A DNA stretch of 64,000 nt from Iphione sp. A-MEVVRFRX5 (GCA_976226885.1 OZ320313.1:142228001-142292000), one strand, 5' to 3'; positions 1 to 15,400 are shown, counted from the stretch's first letter. Made by a program: numbers and translations. Notes: generated from the letters alone by a model not told the origin.

Positions 1-3000
1 AGACTTGTCTTAATGTATAAATTCCTGCAAACAGAAGGTTTTACTGTAGAAAGTGAATCATTAGAAAAAATATACACAGGTGCTATACTGGCTCCTCCTT
101 CGATCTAATAGGATGGGCAGGATAACGTGACTTCCGATTATTCTGTTGTCAAGATTTTAAAAGAATTTATATATAATTCTGCAGTTAAATTAGGTTTCAT
201 GTGAAACAAACCTTAATATCAGGTATATATCACAAAACAAATGAGTGGTCCAAAATACTTTTATACCAGCCAATGGAGGGATCGCCAAAGTGATGGCCAC
301 ACCATTACTACGTATAAGTTTACCGTTTTTTCAGACAATGTCTGAAAATAGTGCAATATCATTGGTTGGTTTCCTATGATGACGTCACAAATAATAAAAA
401 TTATGTCAGCACTACCTGTTTATTCACCCATCGGCGATAGATCCATTGGAGGGGCCGTTTGCCCAAATGGCCCCAATCTGTCCTACCACAACAATACATA
501 ATGTATGTCAGATCACGAATTTTCGAATAGTAATTATTGCTTTGTGCAAAGATATGTCGTCAAACGTCATTTAATAGTGAGACCATTATGTCGACATGAC
601 CTGAAATGGAGATGGCCTTAGTGTAGTGTGCAATGTTACAATACATGACCACAAAGTAGACAGGATGTGACATCACATGTTTAAGCAGATGTACATGTAT
701 GATTTTCGACAGTTTGCCAAAACTGAAAGAACGGCCTTCATTTGAGAGGCTAGCTTGGACGATGGACCTATGAAAAATGTCACAGATCAGCAAAGAGTTT
801 TCAGCACGGAGGATTCTCGTCACCACCTTCTCGACTACACTTCTCAAACATTCAGCGATATTTATAGCTTTCTAAGTCGACAGTTGCAGATTTTCACTCT
901 CCCGCTCAGAATATAACACCGTATTGAGGACATTGGTTTACCTTAGATAGAGGTTCCAATGTAAAATGAGATTATTGTCATATAGGCATAGAGGCAGTTT
1001 GTCTTTAAAAAAATTATCCAACATTTGTACCGATAAGTGTCCTGGGTCCTATCTGGTTGAGGTTTGGGGTTATTCTGTAGATGACGAACTGTTGTATCCT
1101 CATTAATCAGGTTGATATTTGTGAAACATTTTGAAGATACATTGAAATTAGTAACCAACACGTATTAGTATAGTAGTTACCAAGAGGTGAACTGATCGGT
1201 AACCTGAATCCTTAGTGCCATAATGCATATTGCCTAATCTCCTCGCACTTAAAATCATATCGCACTGCTCTCTCCTGTGCTGTATTTTACCTGTGGAGAG
1301 CATCCATAAATGAGACTTTGTGTCCTGAGAGCACACTGCCATATTTGTACATGGTGGTGTCGTTGCCTGCCAGCTAAGTGATTACATTCATATCTTTAAC
1401 GACACAGTCGAGTGTCGACCCACATTCAACGTGTTGCAAATCCCGCAACTAACTGGGGTTTAAAAGAATAACGTTGAATAGCGAAAGGATGCAAAGTAAC
1501 GTTCAACATGGTATAAAGCTGCTCTTTATAAGGGTGAACATCGATTCGCATATCTGATGATCTGAAAAAATGTCCCTATTTATATATTCAGCAGTTTTCG
1601 GGAGGAAAAAAAACTTACGAAAGCTCTTACTTGGACGTCATGTAAATCGTGTTGCTGCATGTCTGTCTCTCACCATCCGGTATGCAGAGTATAATGGCAT
1701 TTTCGTCGAAGTCCCTCAAGCGATTGGATGGCAAGGTGGCTGTGTGTGTGGGTGGGTGTGGTGAGGGGATGATAGGGTTGAGTTTGGCCAGAGACATTTC
1801 ATACAAATGTACAACCAAATACCCACGTGACGTCAGCATTGCCGCTATCAACTGCCCTACGCCCTGATGCAAGCATGGCTTTGTGCTGGCTGTGGGCCGT
1901 GCGTCTCAAAGCAAGAGTTGTCAGTCGTATAGAGATGTGTATTGGGCATTGATAAGATAAGAACATAATTTATTTCATCCATAATCTCGCCTCTTGGAGG
2001 CTTTTTTTCTCAGAAAAGGATGCAGACATTACTGCAGAAGCATTTGAGGTTGTGACAGCGTAACCCTTCCTATCCTCACTCTATTCTCAGTATGCCCGAG
2101 TGAGGTCTAGTGCTGTCTAGGTTTGTCAACGCGTATGAATGATCACGCTTATTACACCGGCATCCCTTGTGTTCAAGACGTTTATTTCTTCCTCTTACAG
2201 GTTTGCGTAACCACACATAGTCCATGACCGCATGGCAGTGTTACATAAGCCCACAGCCATTACACTAATCGATGTTCCTCTGAGTGTTAATTTTTTCATT
2301 ACCATCGTTTTATTTACATCACTGAACACTTAACATTTTCCCATAAAAATAATATCAAGAAAGGTTTAGAAATACCAAGGCAAGCTTTCGCTTCTTTCGT
2401 CGCATAGAGAGTAAGGGATGGGGAAGCTGCCTACGTCAGATTATGTTTTACTTCTGATGATCGCAGAGCGTGAGTCGAGCTACCGTTGATGATATTCTGT
2501 AAGCCACACCGTTGTCAAACCTGTTAAAGTCTGAAAAAAGATAACATAAACATACCGCACGCTTGGCTATGAAAATGATGTCCAAATGGTATTGAGTCAA
2601 TTCAAATGATATCAGTGTAGCATGTTAATTTCAGTTCAGACCTCCAGTACCGACTTCCAGCATATGCCATCCCTGTAGAAGTCCATATTATACAGTACTT
2701 CTCCTTTAGGTGTTTTGATATTTACCTAGGATGTTCTTATGCGTGTCCTTAACCCGGATATACATGCGCACAGTTTGCGAGATTACCTCTTTTGGCTGCA
2801 CGCCATATTGACGCCAGGCTAAAGACGCATCTAACACTAATTCCTCATCTACAAAGCATACAGTAGTTTGCTGAGACATCCCCACACGGAATTGTTTTTA
2901 AATTTATGTGAAATCGGTCGGCAACGACAACTCACAGTATAGTAAAAGGAACACACGGAGTACCATAGACATTGTGTAATTTCTTTATTTTAATCTGCCA

Positions 3001-6000
3001 CTGCCATGTGAGTAAACCGGGGGGGACCTGTCATCATCTCAGTCAACACAGAGATGATGTACGTAGGACTCGACCTGTTTCTTTGACACAGTGCGCTGTA
3101 CACTCAGTTATATTCGCGGACCTATGGGAAGCTAAATCCTTCCCCCTTGACCCTCCAGGGTGCGAGGGTACGCTGGTGGCCTTGGCCCTAATGATATTGA
3201 CATGTCTGGCCCTATGCTGACCTCGGAGGCTGCACGGTTATTCGTCCTCTTCTGTCAGGTCCTGCGGTGGCGGAGACCTAATACCTCGTGTCGAAACACT
3301 GTGGAACGTAGGTATAAATGCTAATTGTCAATGTAATCCTTGGCATCAACGAGCAATATTAGGCAAATATCAAAAACGGTTCTTTCCTGCACTAAATGGA
3401 AACGGATGAGATCCCTTATATATCTGCGCATTCAACTTACTCATTCATAAAGCGAACATTGGAGTATATGTTATTCATTGCATCATATGGATACATGTAA
3501 TAATATTTCTGCCAACATGAGCCTAATAGTGAAGCAACTAGTATGAGGAATTAATCTGCACGAAAAATCAGTCCCATTTGCCGTAGAACACTAAATTGTG
3601 CACCCATAGCATTAGTGGGGAAATTAAAACATTTTGTTTCAGGTATGAGCTGTTGATCGCGAGTGACCTTTCTTGGTGCTTCTTGCTGTAATTGGGTATA
3701 TTTCCGCCTCCGACGTGCCAGGATCAGGCTTTGAATGAACGTCTACAAGCAGGTGGGATTTTTACTTAACGCTGACTTTCCCACATGCACGACATTCAAA
3801 AAGAAGGTAAGGTGTTGTGCGGGCGCCCCAAAGATATCTGTGCTCTGACTGTGTTTCAGCATCATGCAGGACTATGCCGACAAGAACAGTGTCTAAGGGG
3901 GCTTGCAGCACACAGATTATGCCTCGACTGGCAAGGCCCCTCCGTCTTTATTGATTTTACAGGGGTTATGGCGCCTTCATCCAACGCCTTAGCCTATATA
4001 CTACTACCGCGGCTGGGGCGGCCGCTCCTGCTGCTGCTGTTGGCAGAGGAAGACGATTCGCGGCGTTCGGGAAGACAGAGGCGCCGGTAAGCGAGACGCA
4101 GCCGGCAGGGCTTTTCCACTGTCTACTGTCGCGCTCTGGAAATGAAGAACCGCAACGCAGTGCACAAATCAAATCGAGTTTGTTCGCAACCCCCCCCCCC
4201 CCCTTTTACTAAAAGGCTATTGCACCTGTGTGTGTGTTTTGGAGAGGAAGATGGGTACGTGGCCCTGACATTCGTTAAAATCGACCTGTAGAGTACAGCT
4301 TTGAAAAGGTATATAGTGAGACGCACAGGTCAAGAGGTAGACATGTATACAAACACGCGTTTTTATTACAGGTACATCTACATACGTATAAATACACGGG
4401 TCACCTGCAGCTCGTAATGGCGAGGGCATAGACATTGTCGGCACATTTTTGTTAGATTGTGTCCTCCTGTTGCTATCTGGCCATGGGGCTTGGTACAGGC
4501 GGTCTGGTTCCCAAGGCGTGGCGCAGGCGAGTCGGGTTCGTCTAAATGTTCGCCCATTTACCGAGCCGCTAAAGCAGACCTTCTGATCTGCCCGGCGGTG
4601 TCTCTTATCGTACCTGTCTTGTTCCCCATACTTCCTATATTTTGCCTCGACTTTCCTATTCCAGTATAGGAGTGTGTTATTGTTGGTAAATGCGCTTTTA
4701 TTGTCCTTTTGCCAGTACATCTCTATCATATCTGTTCTAACAGAGTTTCCGGACGGCTCCACTCATTGCAAGCGATTTCGCCATTTTGCTGTTTATCTGA
4801 ACTATCAATGTGCTGTAGGGCCTACCTGCTTATCTATATCCACTCCTAGCAGTTGTCTTATTGATCAGTTACTATAGATTAGTTCGCATCTGACACATTA
4901 TTCGTGAAAAAGGTTTTCCTGTATTGTCTGTCAGTTTATTGGCAATGCTATATATAATCGTACAATATATGTCTAAGATCAAGACTGCATGTAAAAGAAA
5001 AGGTCGATTTTCGCGTCATGCGCTCTTTTTACTGTGATTTTTTGCCTAACAGTACTTGTCTTTTAGGGTACGAAACAAGATAGAAAGTGGGAAAATAACC
5101 GATACCTTTTTTATTTGCTCACTGCATATCCTTATCCATATCTCCTGTATCCATTTTCACAGTCCTCGAAATATTCGTCTTCCTCTTTGCCTCTCTCTCC
5201 CTGCCTATCCACATTTCCGCCGCAAACCCAGTTACATATATAAATGGCTTTTCCCTTGCCCAGCTTCTTTGACAGTCCCACACCTGAGAAACGGTACCCG
5301 TCAGCACGGCACGGTCGGCATGGCAACACGGATAAGCAGCGTGTGCCATTTCCAGCAACCGAGTTACAAATCTCATACGGCCAGGCGGCAGCACCTGAAG
5401 CGAAGAGACGAATGTCAATGGAGCGACCACTGTGTTGCCTAGTAGAGGAAGGCCATGAAGCCGAAAGCCGGTCAGCCTCACCCCGTAGGGCCCGGTGTAA
5501 GAGGGAGTTGATGCGGAGTAGGACGATTGGGGAGGGGGAGGGTGTAGCAATGAATGAAACCTTCGACCGCGTATAGAGGAGAAAAAATACCAGAGAGGGG
5601 AGAAGGCTTGAAATCTAGCTGACTGCTGGCGCCACTGAGTGCTGTGGGAATGTCTTCTTCTGCTCTGCCCTCAGAGGGAACCACCTGCAGGAGCGGCTCG
5701 ATGGCGATTCGCCCGCAAACAGGTCTAAATATAGCCCCGACGCGGTGACCTGTGTGTCACCGAGCAAGTTTGATATGAGCTGCTCGCAAAGTATAAGGGA
5801 CTGAGTGTTCCGGATGGTGCTTCCAGCCAGTCATCCTTAGACCCGCGTCGTCTCGTAATGCTGGTTCACTGAAGGTTAGGATATAGCCCTACTGTCTATT
5901 ACAATGGCGTAAACCGTTGAAAAGTGGCAAACCAAGACACCTGATTTATGCCCGTATATAGTATAAGACTTTGCCATGATATTTCTCCATATTTGGATAT

Positions 6001-9000
6001 GGTTGTGAACATGTGGTTACTTCTCATGTTTAAGCGTATACGTAGGAAACAATGCTACTTATTATCCTGTTTATATATCGAGGGTGTTTTCAAACAATGC
6101 GAAGCGGGAGAGGACTGGATGGAGATGAATAGAAAGGGTGAATGTAGAAAAAAGAGGAAAACGTGCACCCGCTCTGGGAAAACCATCATACGTGGGGCTG
6201 CGTGCCAGGAGGTGATCCCTATAATGTACATAGACAGCATGCCCTGAGGGTCCAGTAGAGTGCCAATAGAACAGGCGAGCACCTCACGAAGTGTCCGGTT
6301 ATGGGTTGCTCATGACAACGGCATGAAATCAGCTCGAGACGGACCGAAGAAAGACGAGGCGCGCATGTAGTGGCCCTCGCGCCACCCCCTAGTGGGCATG
6401 GCTGTCACTATCGATCTACACGAGCGTGATATGAGCGGAAAACATGTTATTCTGTCCGTAGGAGAATTTCGAATAGATTTTTTTTCTCTAAAAACCTTCC
6501 ATTGAACAGTTAGGTAACAGTCCTCGAACTCTGTTAATTAGGGTTAGATCGTGTAAAACGACAGTTTTGAATGTGTTTGATTGCTTTTCGATCATACCAT
6601 TACTCCACTGTGGTTTACTGTATGTGATATTACAGTCCTCAATGAAACAGGGTTCTCTCTATATCTAAACCTTTTCTAGCATTTGGTTTTCGGATAGTTT
6701 TAGGCTTTTATCTCCATTGTATTTATCCCCAAATGTGTCGGTTCCATGATATATTTCGAATACAATAGTATACGACACGCAGCAGAGGGTAGTCTCCTGA
6801 CTGGTACCTTTCCTATGAACCAATCGACCGGAGGTAATATGAAATTTTCTTGCATCAAGATAATGAAAATGTCATTATTTATAGACCAATCCGGGAAAAT
6901 TAGGTAGAAAGGAAAAAGAAAATGAAATAATCAACAAAAATCAAGACGTGTGGTTTTAACTATGCCATGAGTGAGTCTCCAAATCAGCAAAAAACTGCGG
7001 AGCGTATTATTAAATCAGCTTAGAGAATGACACAGGGAACAAGCTAGCAATACCTCATTCTGTGTCAGCAATGGACGAGAGTAATTTGCACCGAGCTATT
7101 GTTTCCAGTCGGGCGGCATGGCTATTTTCAACAGCACGGTAAAGAAAGATTGAGAATGTCTTAAAATAAAATCAATATTGTAGTGCCAGCCCGCCGCCTG
7201 CTGTTGCCCAGGCTTTAAGCATGATTGTGGACCGCTCTGTCGTGGATATAGGGGGTTGGCCGTCGGTTACCGGCGAATGAGGCTAGCGTGATAAGGACCT
7301 AGAGGTCAATAGTTCATTAGGCAACAAAAAGAGCAACAGCGTGATGTAGAGGGCGGTAGCGTCGCTTGGGACAGACAATGGATGAATGCATCATGTTCAT
7401 GTATATGATCACCTGTTGGCTACAGCCGGAGCAGAGATACGGCATAAATCTCAGGTTAAACACATAGTTGTTGGGAGCTAAGGTTGAACCTATGACAGCA
7501 GTTATATTTTGAGGCCGAAATAACATAGCCAATTACCCTATCGTAACTGCAAGAGTATAGAGCAATATCCGTGTACATTATTGGGTGTCTTTATACACTA
7601 TTTTAATCATAGAGAACCAACAGAGTTGGTTACATACATGTGGTATTGGTTGTTATATTATGTTTCTAGCCTGAGCTTACCCTAGGTCAACTACAGGCAA
7701 AAGGTCTAGAAAAGCAGGGGTAAACCGGTGGAAAGAAACTCAGAATGGCAATAGTCGGCAAATGGCCATAAGGCTAGGATAGCTGCCTCCAAGTCATTCG
7801 TGACGTGACAGGCGCGGGTCGCAGGCAACCGGTAATGGGAACAAATTTGTCCTAATAAATTGGTTGCTGAGTACCCCCGCCCCGTAGCTACCCGGTCGCC
7901 TATACAACGGCAAGTCCTGCCAGGCTAGCCAGTCCAGCGCCAGGAGGAGCCCAAAGGGCGCCCAGCCCCGGCGGCGCGCTGATGTAAAAAGGCACGTCGG
8001 GCGGACGAGGGGCGGCTGAATGGAGACCGACGCTCGGGTTGAGCTAGTGTGTCGCGGTCACAAAATGCGTAGCCAAGGGTCATTAAAGTGGCTATATTTT
8101 GTTCGCCGTGTGCCGGCAGAATATTCGGGGCTGGCGCAGCGTTCCTGTCGTGCCGAGCTTTGCCAAACTATGCACAGTGGTGGTGTTGACTACGCATTAT
8201 TGCCTCCGCTCTTATGCCAAAATGTGTACATGCATAATGTTAGGCTTTTAAAGCCATCCATATTTCACTGCAGCGGGAAACTCTCCATAAACAACGAACG
8301 TGCTGACTGCTTTCATAAGCTCCTGTGAGAACTATTTTTATATCAATCGATTATCAATACATTACTTAAAGCTTAGGAAAGAGGTGCAGGCATTAGAATT
8401 GATATATTTAATCAGACACCTCATAATAGGTCAACATCGACCCAAATATTCGTACTGTGCGAAATTCGTTCTCATTTGCCTCTGTGTCCTATTGGTGAGG
8501 CATCTTCAGCTGCTTAGGCATGCTGACTGCATCGGTCAATCAAGTATAAAGATATGCTAAATTTACCTTAAGTTTTTAGGCTTTGGCTGCTCTGTTATTA
8601 ACGCATTTGACTCAAGTGGTTGAATTTATTCAGCTTTGGTTGCATTTCATGAATTGTTGTATGCTTCATTGAGTTTTTTTTATGAATAGAAAAAGTTTAT
8701 CTTTGACTTCAAACGAACACAAATCACTTTCACGGTGAAGTTTAGAGAAGATCATCAATATGTATGTTCGTGTCGTTCTCAAGAGCATTTGGTTGTGGTT
8801 TATACAGCGCATCGATGCTGTATCCATATGGGCGTTCCAGATTGTCTCAAACTATGAACCATGGCAGCTAGAGGACTATGTCTTTAGTTAGGCCTAAAAC
8901 AAGTTCTGTGTTTCCGGTAATAAGCTGAAAAGATAGAAGGCTAGTTGATAGTTTTTTTTTAATTTCTTTTATTTTTCAATGTCCATTAATACTTAGAGCA

Positions 9001-10656
9001 ACAAATGTATATGGTAACATAAATTCCATGGCTCAGTTTTAATGAAACGTGCATCAAATAAAAGCTAATACTGTAAACAACAAAATGATGTATTGTATGT
9101 CTGTACCATTATTTATTCTGAAGATATAAGCCGCACAATAGAAAATAAACAGTTACAAGTGTCCGCAATCTACAGTCGGCCGGGTTACCAGAAACACAAA
9201 TATTACTTTTTACCAGGCCTTATCACTTTGGATCCTGTACCTTTTCCAGGCGACCTGTACCTCTCACAAGAAGATAACGACTCCGGTTTTCTTGTTCTCT
9301 GGCGTTTCTGTCGACCGCTCCATACAGGGAAACTCGTCGTGCGTATCCGCATCTTCTACTATGGCAATCACGGTCGCTGGCAATCGGCTCAGAGAGGCGC
9401 CCGCACCGACGGTCGCTGCACGGATAACCTCCCACTAAGTCACTTCGCATATAGATCAATTAGGACGGTTAAGTGCGATTCATTTGATACCGTTCTGAAA
9501 CGGCAAACACGTGGCTGAACCAACCCGACGCCGAGTAACTACATTTTCATAGCATTGTCGGTTTTGCACGCGTAGCGTCATTTAATAACGGGATAAATTG
9601 TTGAAGTGGTGACGCGCGCGCCTCTTTGCCCGTTCAATACGAATCTTATAATCTGTAACTCAATTCAAAAGTTTCATTGGCGGTTAGCTTCAAACCAGGA
9701 AAATGGGTTAATCGAGATGCAAAACTTTAAGTGAACTTCAGTTAAACTGATAACACGCTAGGAATTCCTCACTGTATTGAAATACTGCAATATATAATCA
9801 ACGAAAGAGTTATAGCAAGCTAGAAGGAGGATTTTATTTAAGTAAAGGCGTTAAGCTTTTTAGTTGCTGAGTCCCGTTTTGTGTTGGCTATAGAATAATC
9901 TACTCTCTGGCGTTCATGTGTCGTGCATTAAGTAGTAAACTGAAAATCATATTCGTCATGTTTCTTTGAATTTAGTCAAGCTGGCGGTACCCCGTCTCAG
10001 TATAAATGTAACGGTTACAAGACGAACAGCCATCAATGGACAGAAATGTAGAAAAAACATGGGAAAGCCAGTTGCGCTCAGATTGCCAGAGTTTTAATCC
10101 AATCAATTCCGATGTTTGCAGTCACGCAACGCGCTTCCAAATACAGTTCTCCGGTGGGTTTTATGCTGATTTTTCAAGGCCGTTAGAAGTCTGGGCTAAC
10201 ATCTAGATTGAGTCTAATTGCACTCGTTGCATCCTTAGCTGATGTGGAAAAAGACAGTGCTACCGCTAGAAATCAATAACCTCACTATGAGTGGGTCCTC
10301 TGTGATGGCCTCGTGTGACGATCTACATGATAGATTATAACATGGTTTGATTTTGTTGCTGCCCCTTCACATGGTTTTCGACTAATTTCGGGTCTGGGTG
10401 GCACGGTAGGAATGGCACAGTAGGAATATTAAAATCCAAGTAGGTACATGTAATATCTTACTGTTAACACAGATTAATATTATATGTACGAAAACTCGTT
10501 CAGTTAGTCTTTGTGAGAATTTATCAGCGAATCATTTGATAGCATTTTTGATTAAACACTGCAGTAAAAACGTTAACTGGAGGTTTAACTTCCACAATAC
10601 ACACCAGGTAATTGCTTCAACTAGAAAACAAAGTAATGTTGACATCACACCATCAG

Positions 10657-10732
10657 CAATGTGATTTTATGAATGTCAAACAATGAAACAACAATGTGAT
10701 TTTATGAATGTCAAACAATGAAACAACAATGT
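10657..10732 (+). repeat. 35-bp tandem duplication (two copies plus a partial)
   Basis: CAATGTGATTTTATGAATGTCAAACAATGAAACAA occurs at 10657 and at 10692. Confidence 0.92.
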
Positions 10733-11125
10733 CAACCAGCAATATCACTTCATCATTGTATAACACTGTGGTACTTTGATATGACTCACAAATGTAGACT
10801 GACAGTAGTATTTTCAACTAGCTTGTAAAACGAAAATTAACACAAACATTTCAAGTGTTGTGCTTTTAAATAATTTGCTGCATTGCAATTTATTGAATTA
10901 GACATTTGCTTTTGATGGGAGACTTCTATATACCCATAATGAAAACAGGCTTTAAAATATTAAAATCAACCGCTAAAACAAATGGTGAAAAAGGTAAATT
11001 GAGCCTAACGAAACCATCCTAGAGATGCTGATAAAGCTTCATAACTAGGTGTAAAAGACAAATAGTCGGATAGAGAGATCAAGACACGCACTTAGTGACA
11101 ATTATATCTATGGAGGTAAATGTTA

Positions 11126-12462
11126 GAGTAGGGGAAGGGTGGGTAATTTGTACCCCCTAAGAAAAATATGCTCTAAAATCAAAATGTCTAAGCCACTGTA
11201 CAAAAACTTTGCTTATTTTGAAGCAATAGGGGCTGCAGCATATTTTAACGAACAGGGGGAATTTTAGTTAGATTAGTCTTTGAGTAAAATGCTATTGAAA
11301 ATTTTTTATGACTGGTACAGTTTATCGAACAGGGAGGGTAAATTGGACCAGGTGCCATAGTCTGAACAGTCAGGTGTAAAATAAATCTAGGTCCTAGAAT
11401 TGTAAGTCCCATCAACAACAGCATGGCTCTGAAAGGTTTTGCGCACTATTAGTTGTAATGCCAGTGGACTTTGTGATTTCTACCATCAAAATATGTACAA
11501 CAGAATGGGACCTGCATTCCTGGGGTATTAGATTCCCTTCATACCTCTTGCTGCAACTTTATAAACTGTGTGTACATGTATATTTAAAATGTTTCACTAA
11601 ACATTTTAAAAACTTGAAAAAATCATTTGATAAGATAACCTCTAAGGCCTAAAAAGCTCCTTGCACTAGTGACAGGAACTTTGTTGATGACCTTCTCAAA
11701 TACCCGGGCAAATAACCACACATCTTTACTAGTTATCTTGTCATTAAAAATCAAAATATGTTAAAACCAAAAGTAAATATATAAAAACCAATAAATATTT
11801 CTCTATTTATTTTTTTGAATGATGTCTTTCATTTCAATAAAAAAATACTTACAGAAGAAAAGGGTACATCATGGAGTTCCATAAACTTGCACTATATTTA
11901 CTGTCTTAGTTCAAAATAGATTGTCTTCATATGATAGCTCCATGTTGAGACCAAATACAGATACCACAAGGTTTCTCCAAAGCCTGCTTAACAGATAAAA
12001 GAAAAGGTAATGGTTGTATAGGTAGATTGGACTGAGTCAGGTAGTTTGACCAGTGGTCCAATATACCCTCCCTATAGTGGTCCAATTTACCCACACACCA
12101 ATCCCCAGGAAAAATGTTTTCTGCTCATTTTTGTGTAGATGACAGAGACTAAACTTGATGTTAGTATTGCTTCTAAGTGAGACAGTATTGATATAAAGTT
12201 ATGATAGGGGTCTATGTTCTTTCCGCTCGCAACTACATTGTGAAATATAATTGGTAAAATTAAATCAGTAAGACGTAAAACCAATAATGTGTCTCAGCTT
12301 GGCACATGTTTTTTGAAGCCACCATATTTTAGTTCTGAGTCATTGTGTAGTTATATCACTTGTTGTTGGATGGTGCTCATATTCCTTCCTTGCCGGAAAA
12401 TCAGAGATCTTGATGTGGCCCAATTTACCCACTGGTCTAAATTACCCATCTTTCCCCTACAG
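11126..12462. mobile_element. Non-autonomous TIR DNA transposon (~1.3 kb), possibly Tc1/mariner-pogo-like
   Basis: Left end GTAGGGGAAGGGTGGGTAATTTGTACC (11128) matches the reverse complement of the right end, GTAGGGGAAAGATGGGTAATTTAGACC (to 12460). An internal 20-bp inverted pair, 11331-11350 and 12054-12073, has one mismatch. Extra GGTCCAATTTACCC-like copies lie at 12078 and 12417. No transposase ORF seen. Confidence 0.72.
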
Positions 12463-15400
12463 ATACGATACACACGTGATTGTATAGGAGGTATAAGAGA
12501 CCAGCAGGTCGAATGTATATATACATAGCATGTACTTTGCATCTAACAATATGTCCTCTGGATACGCTTTCTTCTCCCACCTGTGACCCTGGCTTGGTGA
12601 AAGCCGGCACACAGGCGAAGGGGGTTTTTATGTTATTTGGGGGAAACAGTTTATTAAAAGGATTCATGTCTGAGCGTGTCTCTAGACATCCGGCGGAATG
12701 TCCACATTAAGGAGACAAAATAGGAACACACCACAAACCGGAACAAAGCAGAAATCGGGAGAGTTTTATCCAGAGCAGATTTATTTGTCACTAGTTCATA
12801 TTTAGAATTGTCCAGATATCAGGAAAGGCTATAAAATCAAGATGGATCACTACGAGGGCAAGCTTATAGTTCCAACTCAAAGAAAATGAACATTTTCCGA
12901 CCTTCGTGAGTTATATTCGATAAAAAAAATTACAGGCTATGTGTCCTTTAATCCCTTTTTAAAGATCATATTTAAAAGACGTGTTTCAAATCAGGGAGAC
13001 CCGACAAGAATACACCTGGCTGTGTTGGTTGTTTTCAAGCAGCACCAAACATCTTTTTTTCTTAAACTCAAGTTGTATATGTTGACCCTGGTTTATGACA
13101 ATGATCCTTTCGTATAGTTACAGGGAGGTCTATGGGGATATCTTAAAGACCATGAACAGGTGTTGTCGGTAAATTTGAGTAGGAATCGATACAGTTTGTC
13201 AGAATAAAAAGCTGTATGGTAACCTAGTTACAAACTGTTACCTAGAGGACAAGCACCTCTACCAACACCTGCAAGACACGTGTTGTTGTTAACGTGCAAT
13301 TAAGGTATACATTACGACATAAATTAATTCTACAATTACCCCGAACAAAGGTCCTGTCACCAACAGCACACACATGCTTACGAGGTCGTAGTGAATGCAT
13401 AAGAAACAGCAAGTTTTCGTTTGGCACGATTAGTTAGATTTGAAAGCTACTGCTATACACGCAGTGAATAATCCAAAATGGACGCGAGAGATTTCACGCC
13501 CAATGATACTAACTTGTTATTGTCATTTCATATATCCCTCCGAATCCGGGGCACGGTATATTATGAGAAGATGATTCAATATTGAATACATGCTGGGTAG
13601 GGTGGTAATTTTATTGCATCCATACAGCCAACGTTTATGCATGTTTAATGCGATACCATGGTGAACCCACCCAAAATCCATGAGTAACATATGGGAGGCC
13701 AGCCCAACTGCTGATGACTAACTTTTACAGCCCATATCCACGGCGGTGTCTATAATCCTCAAGTTTAAATCATTCACGATAGAAATTAAGAAGAATAACA
13801 ATATTGAAACAACGTGATACATTATAGGAGTTATAATCGTTATTATGATGGGAAAACTATCATTGGGGAGAGGAATTTATAAGCGGCTTTATTGCAGTAT
13901 AAATAACGCGGCCTCTTCATCGGGTTGGGATGTATGGCGCTCAGCTAGCCAACAATTGCGTAACGTCTGTCCTCATTTGGCTGTGAGATGTAGCCGATCA
14001 CGGGCCGCCCTGTGGAGGCGTTGGCGTGCCGAGGGCCAAAAACTATCTTATGGCTGATGAAGTTTGACGGATGAGGAAAAAACGCTAATCGGATACCCCT
14101 GACTACGCTTGCTGTGATAGTCTAAGTCACAGCGATGAGAGACAGTGGCTGCTTTCGTCGGCTGCCATGGGAGCTGCGCCAGCTGTTCGGTAAAATCGTG
14201 TCCGTTGATAAATTTCCATAGCATACACTCCCCGCTCCACCATTCCCAGCCCGCTAAATAGAACTCGTTAACCGCAATATCAACCAAAAATATGCAAATG
14301 AAGAATTGCCCTGGATTAGTAAGTTAACTTCATTCGACCTGTTCTTTTATACTTAATCTTACGGACGCACGGTAAGGTACATTGGCGTGTCTGTCTCGCG
14401 TGATAAAGTGCAAAGTTTTGAAAGAGAGACAAAGTGAACTAGTACCAGAAGAAACGAGAACCCCATCTCATTAATATCTCGGTAAGGAAGCACCGCTGCG
14501 CACCAGCGGCCTCCCGTTCTCTGATCACATGACACTACGACGAGCCTGTCGGAGCGCTAGGCGCGCCATACTGCGGAGGAGAGGTGTACGAATTCTGTAA
14601 ATCGCGTTACAAGGATGCTTTTACTACGTGAGAACAGATTTGTCCCTTGCCGAAGTCTAAAATGAGGGATGCTGCCTATGGACTCAGTGATGGGTCGATT
14701 GCAGGGGCTGTTGCTAGGTAGGCGGTGGGAGATGAGTAGGCAGCCAGGGGATAAAATAGCAGCTTCTTTTGGAGGCTAAGCTTCGACCAATCGATCGTCT
14801 TTTCAACTCCTCAGTCTAATATTCTCCTTTTTCCATTTAGGTTCCCTGCACTCTTTCTCACGACCACACGCATTCGCCTAAGCATCCCTTTAAAACACGC
14901 CCACTTTATATTGTAACTCAAAAAGATCCCTATCAATGATCCTAACATCCCTGACACTTTCGAATGGTATTTTTTCTCTCAGAGGCTGTATCTTCCGCTT
15001 CAATTACCTCACACAGAAATGTTCAGACAGGCAAACGGACAGGGATGGCTGGGGACAAAGAGAGCTGGATGACGCTCCACGTCTGGCTTGTGATAGAAAT
15101 CCACCAGGGGAAGACGGTCGTCGTGTCCGCCTGTTTCAGCATTGACCATGTCTGGCTACTGTTTCCTACTGACGTGTTGTCGGCATCGGCTTCTGTCACG
15201 TCAGAAACAACAGCAAAGAGACCCGCTATATAACAGAAGGAGAGAGGCCAAGGTGAAAGAAATTTGCTCACCAATGACGTTGTATTGTGTATGTGGTGCA
15301 ACCAAAGTGGTCGCACGGTATCGGTTAACGTTGCTCAGATTATTGAAATAACTTGAATGTCATGGGTGGATACGCAATCAATACAATATAGGGCTTTTAC

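Noticed and set aside
270-449. Imperfect 17-bp inverted repeat (270-286 and 433-449)
   Set aside because: Only 14 of 17 positions match and no TSD or further structure is visible; at most a MITE relic.
5119-5700. GC-rich minus-strand frames faintly resembling a DIRS recombinase start (SWPSSTRQ)
   Set aside because: No catalytic R-H-R-Y or RNase H motifs could be found.
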